Assembly (NCBI RefSeq): GCF_009914755.1
Contig: NC_060939.1
Length of the DNA stretch: 64,000 bases
Direction: 5' to 3' (one strand)
From: the human T2T-CHM13v2.0 reference genome, Homo sapiens
Numbering within the stretch: position 1 is the first letter of the stretch; each line of letters starts with the position of its first letter. Position numbers and translations under genes: made by a program. Positions 28,706 through 41,672 of this stretch are shown here, piece after piece. The notes under the pieces were generated by a model. The model saw only the letters and a list, made by a program, of their open reading frames with translations, made no database searches and was not told the DNA's origin.

Positions 28706-29909
28706 TTTATGGTGGTTGTCTTGGGAAATTAATAGAGCCACTTTTCACTCTCAAAGTTGTTCTGGTTTGGATGATAAATTACATGATTATCTTTAATTAT
28801 AGGTCATGCATATTCCTTTCTTTTTCCTCTTTCCCCCAACCCTGCTGGTCTGTTCTTGAATGTTACCACTGGTGTGTCTTAAGCAACCAAACTGGGGGCA
28901 TTTTCTCCACCAATTTAGTGTGAGGAGGGAAATTACCCAGTGCCTGACCATCTATCATCAACTCACACCTCATCTTATATCATGTAATCAGGTTTCACTT
29001 TGGAAAGTTAAAAGCAGACCCCTGAGAAAACTGAACAGCGGGTTGTGTGTAAGTTTCGGTTGGATAAAGGGGAAGTCTTGGGCATGCATGCAGCCTCTGG
29101 TCCGGACTCACAAGCTCCCTGCAGGTGGGACTCTGGATGCTTGGGTGGGGGTTAGGAGAAAATGAGTCCTAGAGTCATACAGCAATACAGTTCTGTGAGA
29201 AGGTCAACCAGCAGAAGATAATGCCTTCACAGATACCCCAGCCATACTCCATGGCCATATGTGGTCTGCCCTCAAAGTTGTCTCTTTAAGATAAAGGTAT
29301 TTAAGCAAACAAGAAAACCAGGGCCACAGTCCATTATAGTGGGAGGGGGTCTGGAGCATCAGAGGAGAGAGCTGGTTCCTGGAGAGCCAATATTGAGCAT
29401 CCTCATGCTTGCTACATTGGAGACAGATGGTCCAACCTCTCCTCTTGGCATGGAGTCCCCCAGACATGTGGCTGCTGAGATTCCCACAGAAGAACAAGGC
29501 AGATAAGCATCTTGTTCCTCAAAGCTCTCTTCTCCAATGCAGAAAATATGCTAAATATCAGCAGTAGCCACAGAGAGCAAAGATTTCAAGGAGATGTGGT
29601 GGACCAGACACCATTTGTCCACATTAGGCAAAGCAGTAGAAAGAGATTAGATACTGACTCCAGAGGAAGGAATGGTGGCCGTTGCCAAGGCTTCCACTTC
29701 CTTAGGACTGCTGTGGGAAAGATGTGCTTCCTTAGGACTGCTGTGGGAAAGATGTTGCTTTTTTGGTTGACCTGAAAGTCCAGAGAAAATTCTGAGAAAT
29801 CATGAAGGATATTAATGAGAAGGAGAAGACTGAGGCTGGAAAAGATTGCAATGGAGAAGCATATGGCAAAGAAATGTTCCTCCTTCCCTCTGGCCTAATT
29901 TACCCAAAG

Positions 29910-31649
29910 CAAGGCTTCTTGACATGGGGATCCATGGACTCAAATGACCCTCCTGCAAAAAAAAAAAAAATTTTTTTAATCAACCTCTTCTAAAAGTTAT
30001 CACTTTCTTTCGTTATCAATATGGGTAACCAGCCACAGCATTAGGAACACTACCTGTGGCTTTGTTACCAATCACAATAATAGATATTTTCATAGAATAT
30101 TCCAGTTGTTGCAGGTATTTGTTTTTTTAAAAAAACTATTTTAGGTTCAAAGGTACATGTGCAAATTTGTACATAAACTACGTGTCACAGGGGTTTGGTG
30201 TACAGATTATTTTGTCACCCAGGCAATAAGCATGCTACTGGACAGGTAGTTTTTGGATCCTCTCCTTCCTCTCATCCTCCACCCTCAAGAAGGCCCTGGT
30301 GTCTATTGTTCCCCTCTTTATGTCCATGTCTTCTCATCATTTAGCTCCCACTTATAAGTGAGAACATGTGGTATTTGATTTTCTGTGCCAGTGTTAGTTT
30401 GCTTAGGATAATGGTCTCCAGCTCCATCCATGTTTCTGCAAAGGACGTGATCTTGCTTTTTTTTTTTAAATGGCTGTGTAGTATTACATGGTGTATATGT
30501 AGTAGTATGTATATGTAGTATTACATGGTGTGTACACATTTTCTTTAGTCCACAGTTGATGGGCATTTAGGTCAATTCTCTGTCTTTGCTATTGGGAATA
30601 GTGCTGCAATAAACAAGGGTGCATATGTCTTCATAATAGAACAATTTATATTCTTTTGGTTATATACTCAATAATAGGATTGCTGGATTGAATGGTAGTT
30701 CTGTTTTTAGCTCTTTGAGGAATCATCACACTGCTTTCCACAATGGTAGAACTAATTTACATCCCCACTAGCAATGTGTAAGTGCTCCCTTTTTTCTATA
30801 ACCTTGCCAGCATCTGTTATTTTTTGACCTTTTAATAATAGCAATTCTGACTGGTATGAGATGGTATCTCGTTGTGATTTTGATTTGCATTTCTCTATTA
30901 GTGATATTGAACTTTTTTTCCTATGCTTGTTGGCCTCATGTATGTCTTCTTTTGAATAGTGAATAGTGTCTGTTCATGTCCTTTACCCACTTCTTAATGG
31001 GGCTGCCCGTTTTTTGCTTGTAAATTTATTTAAGTTCCTTATAGATTCTTGATATTAGACCTGTGTTGGATGCATAGTTTGCAAATATTTTCTACCACTC
31101 TGTAGGTTTGTTTCCTCTGTTGATAGTTCCTTTTTCTGTGCAGAAGCTCTTTAGTTTAATTATGTCCCGTATGCCAATCTTTGTGTTTGTCGTGATTGTT
31201 TTTGGCATCTTTGTCATGAAATTTTTGCCAGGTCCTAGATCCAGACTGGTATTTCCTAGGTTATCTTCCAGAGTTTTTATAGTTTCAGGTTTTACATTTA
31301 AGTCTTTAATCCATCTTGAGTTGATATTTGTACATAGCATAAGAAAGGGGTCCAGTTGCAGGTATTTCTAAATATCATTTATGCTCATTAATTATTGGAG
31401 TAGTTCTTGGGGATTAGATGCGCCACTAGATTTTGTTTTTGCTTAACACATGAAGGATGCATATATAATACTATATCACAAATTCAGTTCTTTTGGGTTA
31501 AAAAAATTTAATAATTGTACTTGAAGGTAATTGATTTTATCATACGACATCTTTTATTTTATATATTTAATAATGTTATTTTAAGACGTAGTTCCATGGG
31601 CTTCATCACACCACCAGGGAGTTCATGGAATAAAAATTCGGAAACCCTG
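29910..31649. mobile_element. Charlie4a-like hAT element split by an L1 (pieces 29910-30120 and 31355-31649)
   Basis: TIR-like ends caaggcttcttgac / ggaaaccctg; sequence is continuous across the L1 TSD. Confidence 0.65.
30121..31354 (-). mobile_element. 5'-truncated L1PA13-15-like element
   Basis: L1 3'UTR and ORF2 C-terminus ([20 protein letters not shown]); TSD gttgcaggtattt at 30108 and 31355. Confidence 0.92.
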
Positions 31650-32229
31650 GAAAGTAAAAATATAAGAATATTTCATTTTCATCTTCAATTGCTCTTGTAG
31701 CATTTGTGCAATATTTCTATAGTGAATTGATAAATAATTGTGCATAAAAATGACTGAGCCATTTCTCATTAGGCAGTGCTCAATAGATTCCTCCAGAGAA
31801 TCTCTCTGACAATATGACAATATTGTCTTCATTTAAATACTCGTTCTTATTTTGAGAACTCTTTTCCTTGTTTCAATTTGAATTCATTTACTTCTCTCCA
31901 TAGGCTTTGTGTTTTCACATCTGCGCAATGACTATGTATATATGGCCCCAACAAATGGGATCTTCTCACTACTAGTCCATGAACCTGATCAACAGCTTAG
32001 GTTTTGGGGTATTCACTTTTCCCAGTCTCCACCCTCTACAATGCATGAGCATTATCTGTATTTTGGAAATTGTTACACAAGATGCTGAGGCAAGTACAGG
32101 AAAATCAGACTTTCAGAGGTGTATGGAATCTGAAAGGGGTGTGGAGACACAGATGACAATGCTAATGGAGTGAATGGAGCGAGCGGATAGCATGCTGAAG
32201 CCTGCTGTGCCAGCTTCTGTGTTTTGTAT

Positions 32230-32420
32230 AAGTTTTGATTTAATTCTTTACATAGTTCATATATTTTCTGATTTAATTTACGAAATGACGCTTTGAGGCA
32301 GATATTAATAGATGCATTTTACCAATGAGAGAACTGTGCACAAAAAGGATAAGTAGGAACATACAGCTAATAATGTCTAAGTCAGAGTTTGAATCTAAGC
32401 TGTGTTCACACCTCATGCTT
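32230..32420 (-). mobile_element. MIR
   Basis: cattttaccaatgagagaactgtgcacaaaaagg...gagtttgaatctaagc. Confidence 0.6.
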
Positions 32421-32473
32421 TGCCATCATTGCCTCTCTCAGACTTATAAATCTCCCCAAATCTCTGATATGTA

Positions 32474-34590
32474 CAGTAGTCCTCCCTTATCTGCAGGGGA
32501 TACATTCTAAGACCCCCCAGTGGATGCCCAAAGCCATGGATAGATCAAGTTTAATTTATAAGTTATGCACAGTAAGAGATTAAAAACAACAATAATAGAA
32601 TGATCATAACAGTATAGTGAAAGTTATATGAATGCAGCCTCTCTCTTTCTCAAAATATCTCATTGTACTGTACTCACCCTTCTTCTTGTGATGTCACCTA
32701 TGTGACAAGATGAAGTAAGGAGGATGACATAGACATGGTGACACAGTGTTAGGCTACTGTTGGCCATCTCGGTATCTCAGGAGGAGGATTATCTGCTTCA
32801 GGTGATTTTGGGTCATCGAGTTATGCTGATGTTGAAGGTTGGACGTCAGGAGCAGAGAATAGCAATAGTTGGGGATCCTTAATAGTTGAAGATTTTTGTT
32901 TTTCCTGAAAACTTTTGGAAGAACATTATAATTGGAGGTTGTGGTTTCTTTCTTTTTAACTCACCATAGTGTTGTTGCAGAGGTTGTAATCCTGATCATA
33001 CGGGTGACTTTGATACTATATTCCCTCCAAGGATCGCATTCCACCATTTTGTCCTTTAATGCCTGTGCAATTGGAAACACTTTGGAAAAGTTAATGTCCA
33101 CATTGCTGACTGTGATCCAGTTTCTTCCTCATCTTTCTTTTCCTCCGAAGGTGATTCAACAGGTTCTTGCAATTTCTTCTTTGTAAATACATCTTGATGA
33201 CCCTCAGTATGTTCTTCCCTGTCCACATCAAGCATATTGGCAAATTTTTCTCCACCAACTCGTCTTGCTGTATGAATGATTTTCCTAACTTCTCCATCGA
33301 TCCCTGGGAAGCATTTAAAATCATTCACAACTTCACTCTATAAGTTCCTCCAGCAGGCATTTACTGTTTCTGTTTTTAATTAATCCATTGCAGCTTTGAT
33401 GAATGTTATTGCATCACCAATAGTAAATGACTTCCATCACTGCATTATGTCCAGATTAGGGTCTGCATCAGTTGCTGGTCAACTGTGACCAAATAGAAGG
33501 GGAGTGTATGTGGCCTTGACAAACAGAATGATGCCCAGGTCAAGGGGCTGAAGCAATGAGGTCATATTTGGAGTTAAAAATATAGCCTCTATATTTTCAT
33601 TATCATAGCAGATTCAGGATGGCCACAGTGTCTATTACTAATAGAACTTTAAGTTCTAACCCTTTGTTTTCTAAGTACTTTTTTTTTTTTTTACTTCTTA
33701 GATGAAACATTGGTGAAGATATTCTATAAATAAGATGTCTGTCACCCATACTTTCTGATTATGTTGCCAGAATACAGGCAGATAATTTTTGTTCTTGTGC
33801 TTGAGAGCACGTGTTCTTTGCTTTGTATACCATGCCTGGCTTTATCATATGCCCTGCAACATTGTCACATAGCACCACTTAATCTGTCCTTCCATGTTTT
33901 ATGCCTGGGGCTTCCTTTGCACTTTATGAATGTAGGTTTTATTGGGCATTGTATTCCTGAAGCAGCTGGTTTCATCACAATTGGAGATTTGCTTTGGATG
34001 GCATCCTTTCCCCTTAATTTCTTCACTTCCACCAGAAATGCAGCAGCAACTTCCTCCTTGATACAAACAACCTCTCCAGTAATTTTCATATTTTTCAGTC
34101 CAAAACTATTCCTGAATCTGTGTAACCACCCTTTACTTGCAGTAAGCGGCTTGGTATCACTCACTTCAGGGGATCCCTATTCCTTGCTGAAATGTTCACA
34201 TAGGCTCAACGCTTTTTGGTGCAACACATTGCCATCAATTGGAGCACATTTTTGGCTCATGTTTTCCACCTGCAAATGTCATGCATTTTCCATTTTTATG
34301 CATTTGCCTTGCACTGTGGCTGTAACTTTTGCAGTCTGACATGCAATGGTAAAACCAGCATGAGTTTTCTCTTTTTCACAGTTTCATGGATAGAAGCTCC
34401 ATTCTTACTGTGGATCTCAGCAAACTCAGCCTATAATTTTTTTTGTTGTTCTTTCCATTAGTTGAGAACTTTTACCTTTTCACTTAAAGGAAGCATTTCT
34501 TTTTGGCATATTTGCATTTCCAGCATCACTATACTTGGAGCCATTGTTAACTAAATTACTTGAACACAAGCACCTCAGTACTGCAAGTCG
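32474..34590 (-). mobile_element. Tigger7 (MER44 family), near full length, decayed transposase, 5' terminus missing
   Basis: TA followed by TIR cagtagtcctcccttatc; transposase ATG at 34544; CENP-B-type HTH peptide ASKGWLHRFRNSFGLKNMKITGE. Confidence 0.88.
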
Positions 34591-34893
34591 CCCCCGATCT
34601 TTCCTCCAAAATCTAGTAATGTCCAAATTTGAGAAATCGAAATGACGGGCCAGTTGTTAAGTGCAGTTTAGGAGCTGCTTCCTTGGGAGTCTGTAATTTG
34701 GTTGGTTTTCCTCTGAGCTCTGGGATAGGCTGCTGAGATGAGAAACTGGCTGCCTGCCTGCCTGGCTGCCTGCCTCTCTTACTCCAGGTCCTTACCTTGT
34801 ATTTAGTTATAATAATGCTCAACACATGTGTGTTTTAATTAACAATGGCAGTTGGATGTGTATGGTCCATGCTGCAGGGTCATTGCAGCTGTA

Positions 34894-35258
34894 CAGATGT
34901 TCCTTGACTAGTGATAGGGTTTCATCCTGATAAATGCACTGTGAGTTGAAAATACCACGAGTTGAAAATGCACTTAGTACACCTAAACTACTAAACAACA
35001 TAGCTTAACCTAGTCTATCTTAAACATGCTTAGGACATGTAACATTAGCCTACAGTTGGACAAAATCATCTAACACAAAGACTGTTTATAATAAAGTATT
35101 GAATATGTCATATTATTTATTGAAGACTGTACTGATAGTGAAAAACAGAACGGTTGTATGGGCACTCAAAGGTATGGTTTCTACCAAATGTATATCGCTT
35201 TAGCAGTATCAAAGTAAAAAACAATGCATCAGACTACCATTAAGCTGAGGATTGTCTG
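34894..35258 (+). mobile_element. MER47A (Tigger5 MITE)
   Basis: TA followed by cagatgttccttgact...gaggattgtctg; matches recalled consensus throughout. Confidence 0.9.
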
Positions 35259-35598
35259 TCTGTCCCACAGTGGGCATTGGGTGGGAATATCCATCTCCGT
35301 GGGTGTTGCACTTCCATTCTATTCCCTTTCTCCATGATCCAGGGCAAAGACTACATCTAACTTGCCTGTGTGTTCCCAGTGCCTAGCATGGTGCCTGGCC
35401 TAGGGTAAAAGCCACCCTGCGATATACAATAAAAGGAATATGTCCATGAGGCAAGATGTATTTGGTCTATTCATCCTGAGGTCCAGGGTCAAGATCACAG
35501 TGGAAAGCTAGGGCCACCCAGTGCACGGCAATTTTTTTTGAATACCCCAAATGAGTATTTTATGTCTGGTCTTCATAAGCTTAAAAAAAGAAGACACA

Positions 35599-35874
<276 letters not shown>

Positions 35875-36264
35875 AAGACACAAACTAAGAGTGTATAGTC
35901 TTACTCTGCTTGTATTATGTAAAATCGACTCATTAGTCACTTAGCGTCTATATACAGCAACATACACAGCCCTGATGATAGTATGATTCTGGTGTCATCT
36001 TGACCCCTCCCATTAGATTATTAGTGAATCCCTTATCAAAGCGTGGCTGGGAGGGTGGTTCTCTCTGCTCTGTCTCCATTGCTCTTTTTTTTTTGCTGAT
36101 ATCTTTATGATTTGCTATTCTACACTCCTTTTGTCTGCATGTCAACTGCCTCCGGTATTATGGTTTCTTAATTTTAAGGTAGTCATGACCTCAGCATTTC
36201 CATCCAGTGTCTTCACTGTCTGTATTTCCGTCTAAGGCTCTGACTTGGTGCTTTTCACATATTA

Positions 36265-36368
36265 AGGTGATGGTTCAAAGTGCATATTTGGGGGCCCTGA
36301 AACCAGAAACTCTAATTTAGTATGTTTGTGTAGGTGACCTGTGAATTTCACTTTGAGAAGCACCGCTC
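36265..36368. mobile_element. MER5-like fragment
   Basis: ccagaaactc...ctttgagaagcaccgctcta. Confidence 0.5.
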
Positions 36369-36543
36369 TAGCTATGGCTATTCTTAACAACTATAATTAT
36401 CTATGCAATGACAAAATGTCAAGTGTCCTCTCCTTCTGTGTATCCTCTGAGGAAATTTCCTGCCATAGATAGCTACCTTTACCTGGGAAAATGCTTTTTC
36501 CATGTCAGTTAGTTTCTACTATAAACAGTGGAAGATTGATAGG

Positions 36544-36916
36544 TGTATTCATCTGCTCGGGCTGCCATAACAAAACACCACAGACTAGGTGGCTTAAATA
36601 ACAGAAAGTATTTCTCACAGTTCTGGAGGCTGGGAAGTCCAAGATCAAGGTGCAGATCTGGTTTCTGGTGAGGACCTACCTCCTGGCTTGCAGATGGCTG
36701 CCTTCTCATTATGTCCTTGTGTGGTGGAGGGACAGAGGGTGAACTCTCCTGCATCTTTTCTTATAAGGCCACTAATCATATCACAGCAAGGCCCCATTCC
36801 TTATGAAATTGTTTAACTTGAATTACCTCCTGAAGAGTCTATCTCCAAATAGAGTCACATTTGGGGTTCTGGCTTCAATATTAGGATTTTGGGAGGATGC
36901 AATTCAGTCTGTAGAA
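36544..36916 (-). mobile_element. MLT1A-family solo LTR
   Basis: gggctgccataacaaaacaccacagactaggtggcttaa...gttctggaggctgggaagtccaagatcaagg. Confidence 0.88.
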
Positions 36917-37470
36917 GTAGATCACCTTGAATTTTTGTGGGAGTAAAACCTCTGTATCTTGGAGTTATCTGACAGAGGTTTCCCCTAGCACTGAAAAACA
37001 AAGCCACAATTTGTTATTGTTGAAGCAACCTGGGAGTAATGGGAGGGACTCCGGCTGATTGTGGGAACTACAATTAATTGAGACAAACTTCCTGGCCCAC
37101 CTTGTCTCTATGCCCATGTTGCTGCCTTCTCAATTCAAATGCTCATAGAGGACCAATGGAAGACAAGATATGCAAAGAGCTGCAGGGCAGGCAGGAAGAA
37201 CCTTACTATCCCTGCCCCCAAGAAGCTTGATTGACACCTATTAAGGGAAATGGGAATTTATACCAAATTACCTTGCTAAGTAACCTCATAGCTACCCAAT
37301 TCTATGGAAGCAATCATTTCTGGAAGGACCAGGGAAAGCTCTAGGAGATGAGATGTTTAAACAAAGATTTGAAGAATAAGAGTTGAATTTTGACAGGCAG
37401 AGATTCGGAAGTGGCAGAGAAAAGGGAAAGGAGGAGAGGCTTTCTGGAGAAGAAAAATTTTAGCAAAGGC

Positions 37471-38401
37471 CCAGGCTGGCTACATAATTGGGGGTCCCAG
37501 CAGAAAATGAAAATTAGGCTGTCTCTTGTTGAAAAGGCAGAAAAGAAGTGCCGCTGCTTGTATTAAAATAGAAAGCTTCTTCCTTTCTTCAGTTCCTCTC
37601 TTGACTTGTCATGGTGCCTTTATGTATTCTTTCTCCATTATCAGGGTGCTTATTACATTTGCTATTTAATGTCATTCTAAAAGAAAAACTAAAAACTTAA
37701 GTTATTAGCATGAATTTTACCATTCATCTTTATATCGTGCAATGCCGACTTTAAATGGAAATATAAGAGCACTTAAGTCATATGCGGTGTCAAAATTATG
37801 CAATTTTTATTTTATGCCTGACACGTGTATGCTTCACATTCTTACCAGAACAATGGAAACACTGTACAAAACCTACTCAGCTGTTTGGATTTCACCTCTT
37901 GATGACTGCACATTCTAGCAATACTTTTTTACTGTGGCTTACTGATGAGTAAAAGACTGAAAGGAAAAGGAACTCTGGGTTTTACCCCATCTCTTTTCCT
38001 TCTCTGACATCATTTTCAGCATAAGTAGTTGGCTTAAAGGAGAAGTACCACGAGCAAGAAAGAATATGACATAGTGTTCCTTGGTCATTGTGTTTCTGAG
38101 AATACCATTGTCTTCTGTATTTGAAGCAAGTTCTGGCTCAAATGAAAAACATGAGTGTTGGGGCTGACAATTTACTCAGTTACAGAAGTAACATTTGCAC
38201 TGGCTTTGGGTTTTGCTGAACACCCACTCATTGGGGGGCCACCAGGATCCAGTGCCCGTGGGTATCACAAACACGCTAGGCAAGGGTAAAATTATTAAGA
38301 ATTTAAAGGTAGCAAGAGAGGAGCATTAAAGCAAGCTCAAGGTACTCTGAGTATGGGGCCTGTGTGATTGCACAGGTTGAATGCCCTTGAAGACAACCCT
38401 A
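37471..38401 (-). mobile_element. MER45B/C (hAT-Tip100)
   Basis: MER45 terminus (minus strand acctgtgcaatcacacaggcccc); perfect 8-bp TSD gcaaaggc. Confidence 0.88.
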
Positions 38402-39992
38402 GCAAAGGCATAGAATAGAAAAGTATATTTTTGGTTTCGAAACAGTTGATTAGTCTTGTTTATCTTGAACATAAGCATTAAGACAGAAAAACCTAAGAAA
38501 TAGAACTTGGACCAGAGAGAGTGCCTTAAATACTATAGCCAGGAGTTTGGGCTTTCTTTTGTAAGAAAAATTAAAAAATGTACACTGTGATACAGTTGTG
38601 AGAGTAGAGATTTTGAGTAGAATGGTGATACTATCTGGAGTGGGTTTAAGGGAGAGGACACCAGTAGCAGCTTATAAAGTAGGTCACAGAAGACAGCACT
38701 GATGAATGGGGAGAGACGGCCACAGGTCATGACAGCACACCAAACTACTTAGGGCTGTGGCTGGGAGTAAGGAGAGTCGGCCCCGACACAAAGACACACT
38801 TTGAAATTCAATTTAGAGCAGTTCTTTCTGCAGTGCTTGTCTGGTTTTGTTTTCAAACTTAAAAGTTTATTTTAAAAATAAAGCTTTCTTTTCCCATTGG
38901 AATTCTGAAGTTTCACATGTCTGCAAAAAAATTACTTGGGCTTTAGAAATTTACTTTGGAAGCTTAAGGCTGTCAATCAACTTATAAGCTATACCCAAAG
39001 TCCTTGCGACTCTCAATGCTGCTGTCCCTGAAAGCAATGCTAATGTCCCAATGCCTGGTAATTATATTAGAAAGCTATGTTTGACGCAAGTGAGGTTGAA
39101 AAGTTTTCTACCCTAAGTAAATTCCTCTTGTCTATTTCAGGACACACGGAAATGATGTAGGGGTGAGGGTAAAACAAAAATCTAACTGAAAACCTCCTTT
39201 CGGGGGATTAAAGGATTAAGTTCTGTCTTCAACTAGTGTTATCAAACTTTTGGAGGTGATCCTGTGAACAGACACACATGGCAGCTCACAGAGTCAGGGT
39301 TTTGTCCCAGTGAGCTGGGTGTTAGCTAGGCAGGTAAAATTTAGTCTGCGCCTGATCTAACTCCTGGTTCTAGATAAGGAAAAGCCATATATGTATTTAT
39401 TTATTGTATCTAAAAAGACATATCCAAGGGAGGAGATAGGCAGGGTTGTCTAGTTCACACCTTGTTAGGAATGTTCCTTGACAATGAGAAGGGTCTAAAG
39501 GGGGTGCACAGTCATCAAATGCTTTGTTTGGGTCTGCCTTAGAGTCTCCAAACATTTGCCAAGGCCCAAGGGCCAGATACGTGCCAACATAAAAATTTGT
39601 TATTTTGACAGAAGCAAATATTTTACCTTGGCTTTGAGGAGAAGAAGTTTCAAAATATTTCATCCGTAAGTTTCAACAAGGGCAATATGCCTGATACAGG
39701 TTTTAAAAACACTTCTTACAACAAATTCTGACTCCAACGATACTGTACATGTCTCAGTACCTTGGTCTCTCTCAAGCCTGTTATTATTTTCCATTATATG
39801 CTTTCTCTTGTGTTCAAGGACAATCAGGTGGCGCTGATCTCTTCATCCACAAGGGCATGGCTGCAAGCTCTTGCTGGGCCACCAGCCCTTTCCACAGAGG
39901 TGGACTTTTGGTGGTAGGATTGCTAAGTGCTCTAGCAGACAGACACTCTAGGCTTGAAAAGGGCCTGCCAATGCCAAGGAATGAAGAACATC

Positions 39993-40555
39993 TGTCACCG
40001 AGCAATTGGCTCCCTCCTGATGTGTACAGAAGCCAATACCATGGCACCATCTTTTGAGAAAAGCAGCAGCTTTATTGCAAGGTCTACCAGCAAGGAGATA
40101 TGGGGCAACACTCAAATCTGTCTCATCAAGCTGGTGTCTAGAGGCAGGTTTTAAAGACAAAGAGTAGCAATGAGGAAGACAGGAAAATGCAAGGAGACAC
40201 AGTCTGATTGGGCTACACAGAGAGACAGTGCCAGGTCCTTGACCCTTAAGTTCATAGTGCAACAGAACAGGGCACCCCTCACTTCTTAATTTGGTCCACA
40301 CTCCTTGGTCTGGGTACTTAGGTTCCATATGCAGTTGACTTTTTTGTTCCAGTCAGCTCTGGGGGCACTAATCAGGTACACTTTGTTCATCTGTACATGC
40401 TCAGGTTACAAGACTCGCAATCACTTACTATGACTGCAGTCAGAGATCAACTGAGGTTATAAATCTAGAAAGATATGACATTGCAAGTTCAAGGTAGTCA
40501 CGGCAGATCTGGTGGGACTTTGAAGTCCTCAGGGCTGGCAATGTTGGATGAAACA
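39993..40555 (-). mobile_element. ERV1-type solo LTR, subfamily not resolved
   Basis: tgtcaccgagcaa...agaagccaataccatggcacc...gctttattgcaagg, a typical LTR U5 and polyA end. Confidence 0.65.
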
Positions 40556-40573
40556 TCTTATCTTGGTATAAAA

Positions 40574-40796
40574 CAATGAATCCCAGCAAAGGGCAACTTG
40601 TCCCTAGAGGACGCTGGACGTTGTCCAGAGATATTTTTGATTGTCAATACTGGGCTATGGATGGGGATGCTACTAGCATACAGTGGGTAGGTAGTGGCTA
40701 AGGATGCTGTTAAACATCCTACAAATCACAGTATAGCCCCCCACAACAAAAAATATCTAGCTCAAATATCGATAATGCCAAGACTGAGAAATCCTA
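40574..40796 (+). mobile_element. MER20
   Basis: ggctaaggatgctgttaaacatcctaca...ccccacaacaaa; TSD gtataaaa/gtgtaaaa. Confidence 0.9.
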
Positions 40797-41318
40797 GTGT
40801 AAAATAACTGTTGATCAAAAGAAAAAGGAGGGATATCATTATATGTGCGGATACCCCAACCATGGCATTAAGTTCTAAAAGATGTCCTATATGAAGGAGC
40901 TGATATTCAGACAGTAAGAAGGAAACTGGCATCTGGAGGGGTAATGAGTCTTTCAGGAATTTCTTCTTCCCCTCGGTGAGAATGCATCTTGAACTGTCAA
41001 CATGTGCTCCTGTAACAGATGTCTGTTATTTTTGCCTGTCCAACATCCATCCCTTTTCCACCTGCGGATAGCACCTTGATTTCTTTCGAGGGGTTATTCT
41101 ACTCTTAGCCATAGAGTGAACATGAAGACTAAGCTGGGCTCCTCCAAGTCTTTTCCAGAAGAAATGACATAAAGATGGCAATTGGCTAAGCCAATTTATT
41201 CCTGAAGAAACAGTCCTTGTGTTGCAGTACCTAAATACCCAGAAACGGTACTGCAAATATCTCTTCAAAGCCTGGTAGCTCAGTTTTATTTTTTTCTGTT
41301 ATCTTTCCAATAAATTTC

Positions 41319-41672
41319 TGCTATGGACCAAATGCTTGGGTCCCCCCAAATTCATATTGAAGTCCTATTTTCTAATGTGATGTATTAGGGGGTGGTGCCT
41401 TTGGGAGGTGATTAGGTCATGAGGATGGAGCCCTCATGAATGGGATTAACGCCCTTCTAAGAAGAGACACAAGAGAGATGATTTCCTTCTCCACCATGTG
41501 AGGACACAGCAAGAAGGTGGCTATCTACAAATGAGGAAGAGAGCTCTTACCAGACACCAGGTCTGCTAGCACCTTGATCTTGAACTTCCCAGCCTCCAGA
41601 ACTATGAGAAATAAATGTTTGTTGTTTAAGTCACCTAATAATTTGTTACAGCAGTTGGAGATGACTAGGATA
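41319..41672 (+). mobile_element. MLT1A solo LTR, inserted in an older MLT1J-like LTR (about 41000-41720)
   Basis: tgctatggac...gactaggata; TSD atttc/atttt. Confidence 0.88.

Noticed and set aside
33761-34339. Longest ORF in the window (192 aa, plus strand)
   Set aside because: Antisense shadow of the Tigger7 transposase region; no recognisable protein
37935-38010. CTGATGA...GAAA with a plausible stem III (GGAAAAG/CTTTTCC)
   Set aside because: No stem I pairing, stem II barely pairs, and it lies inside a MER45 element
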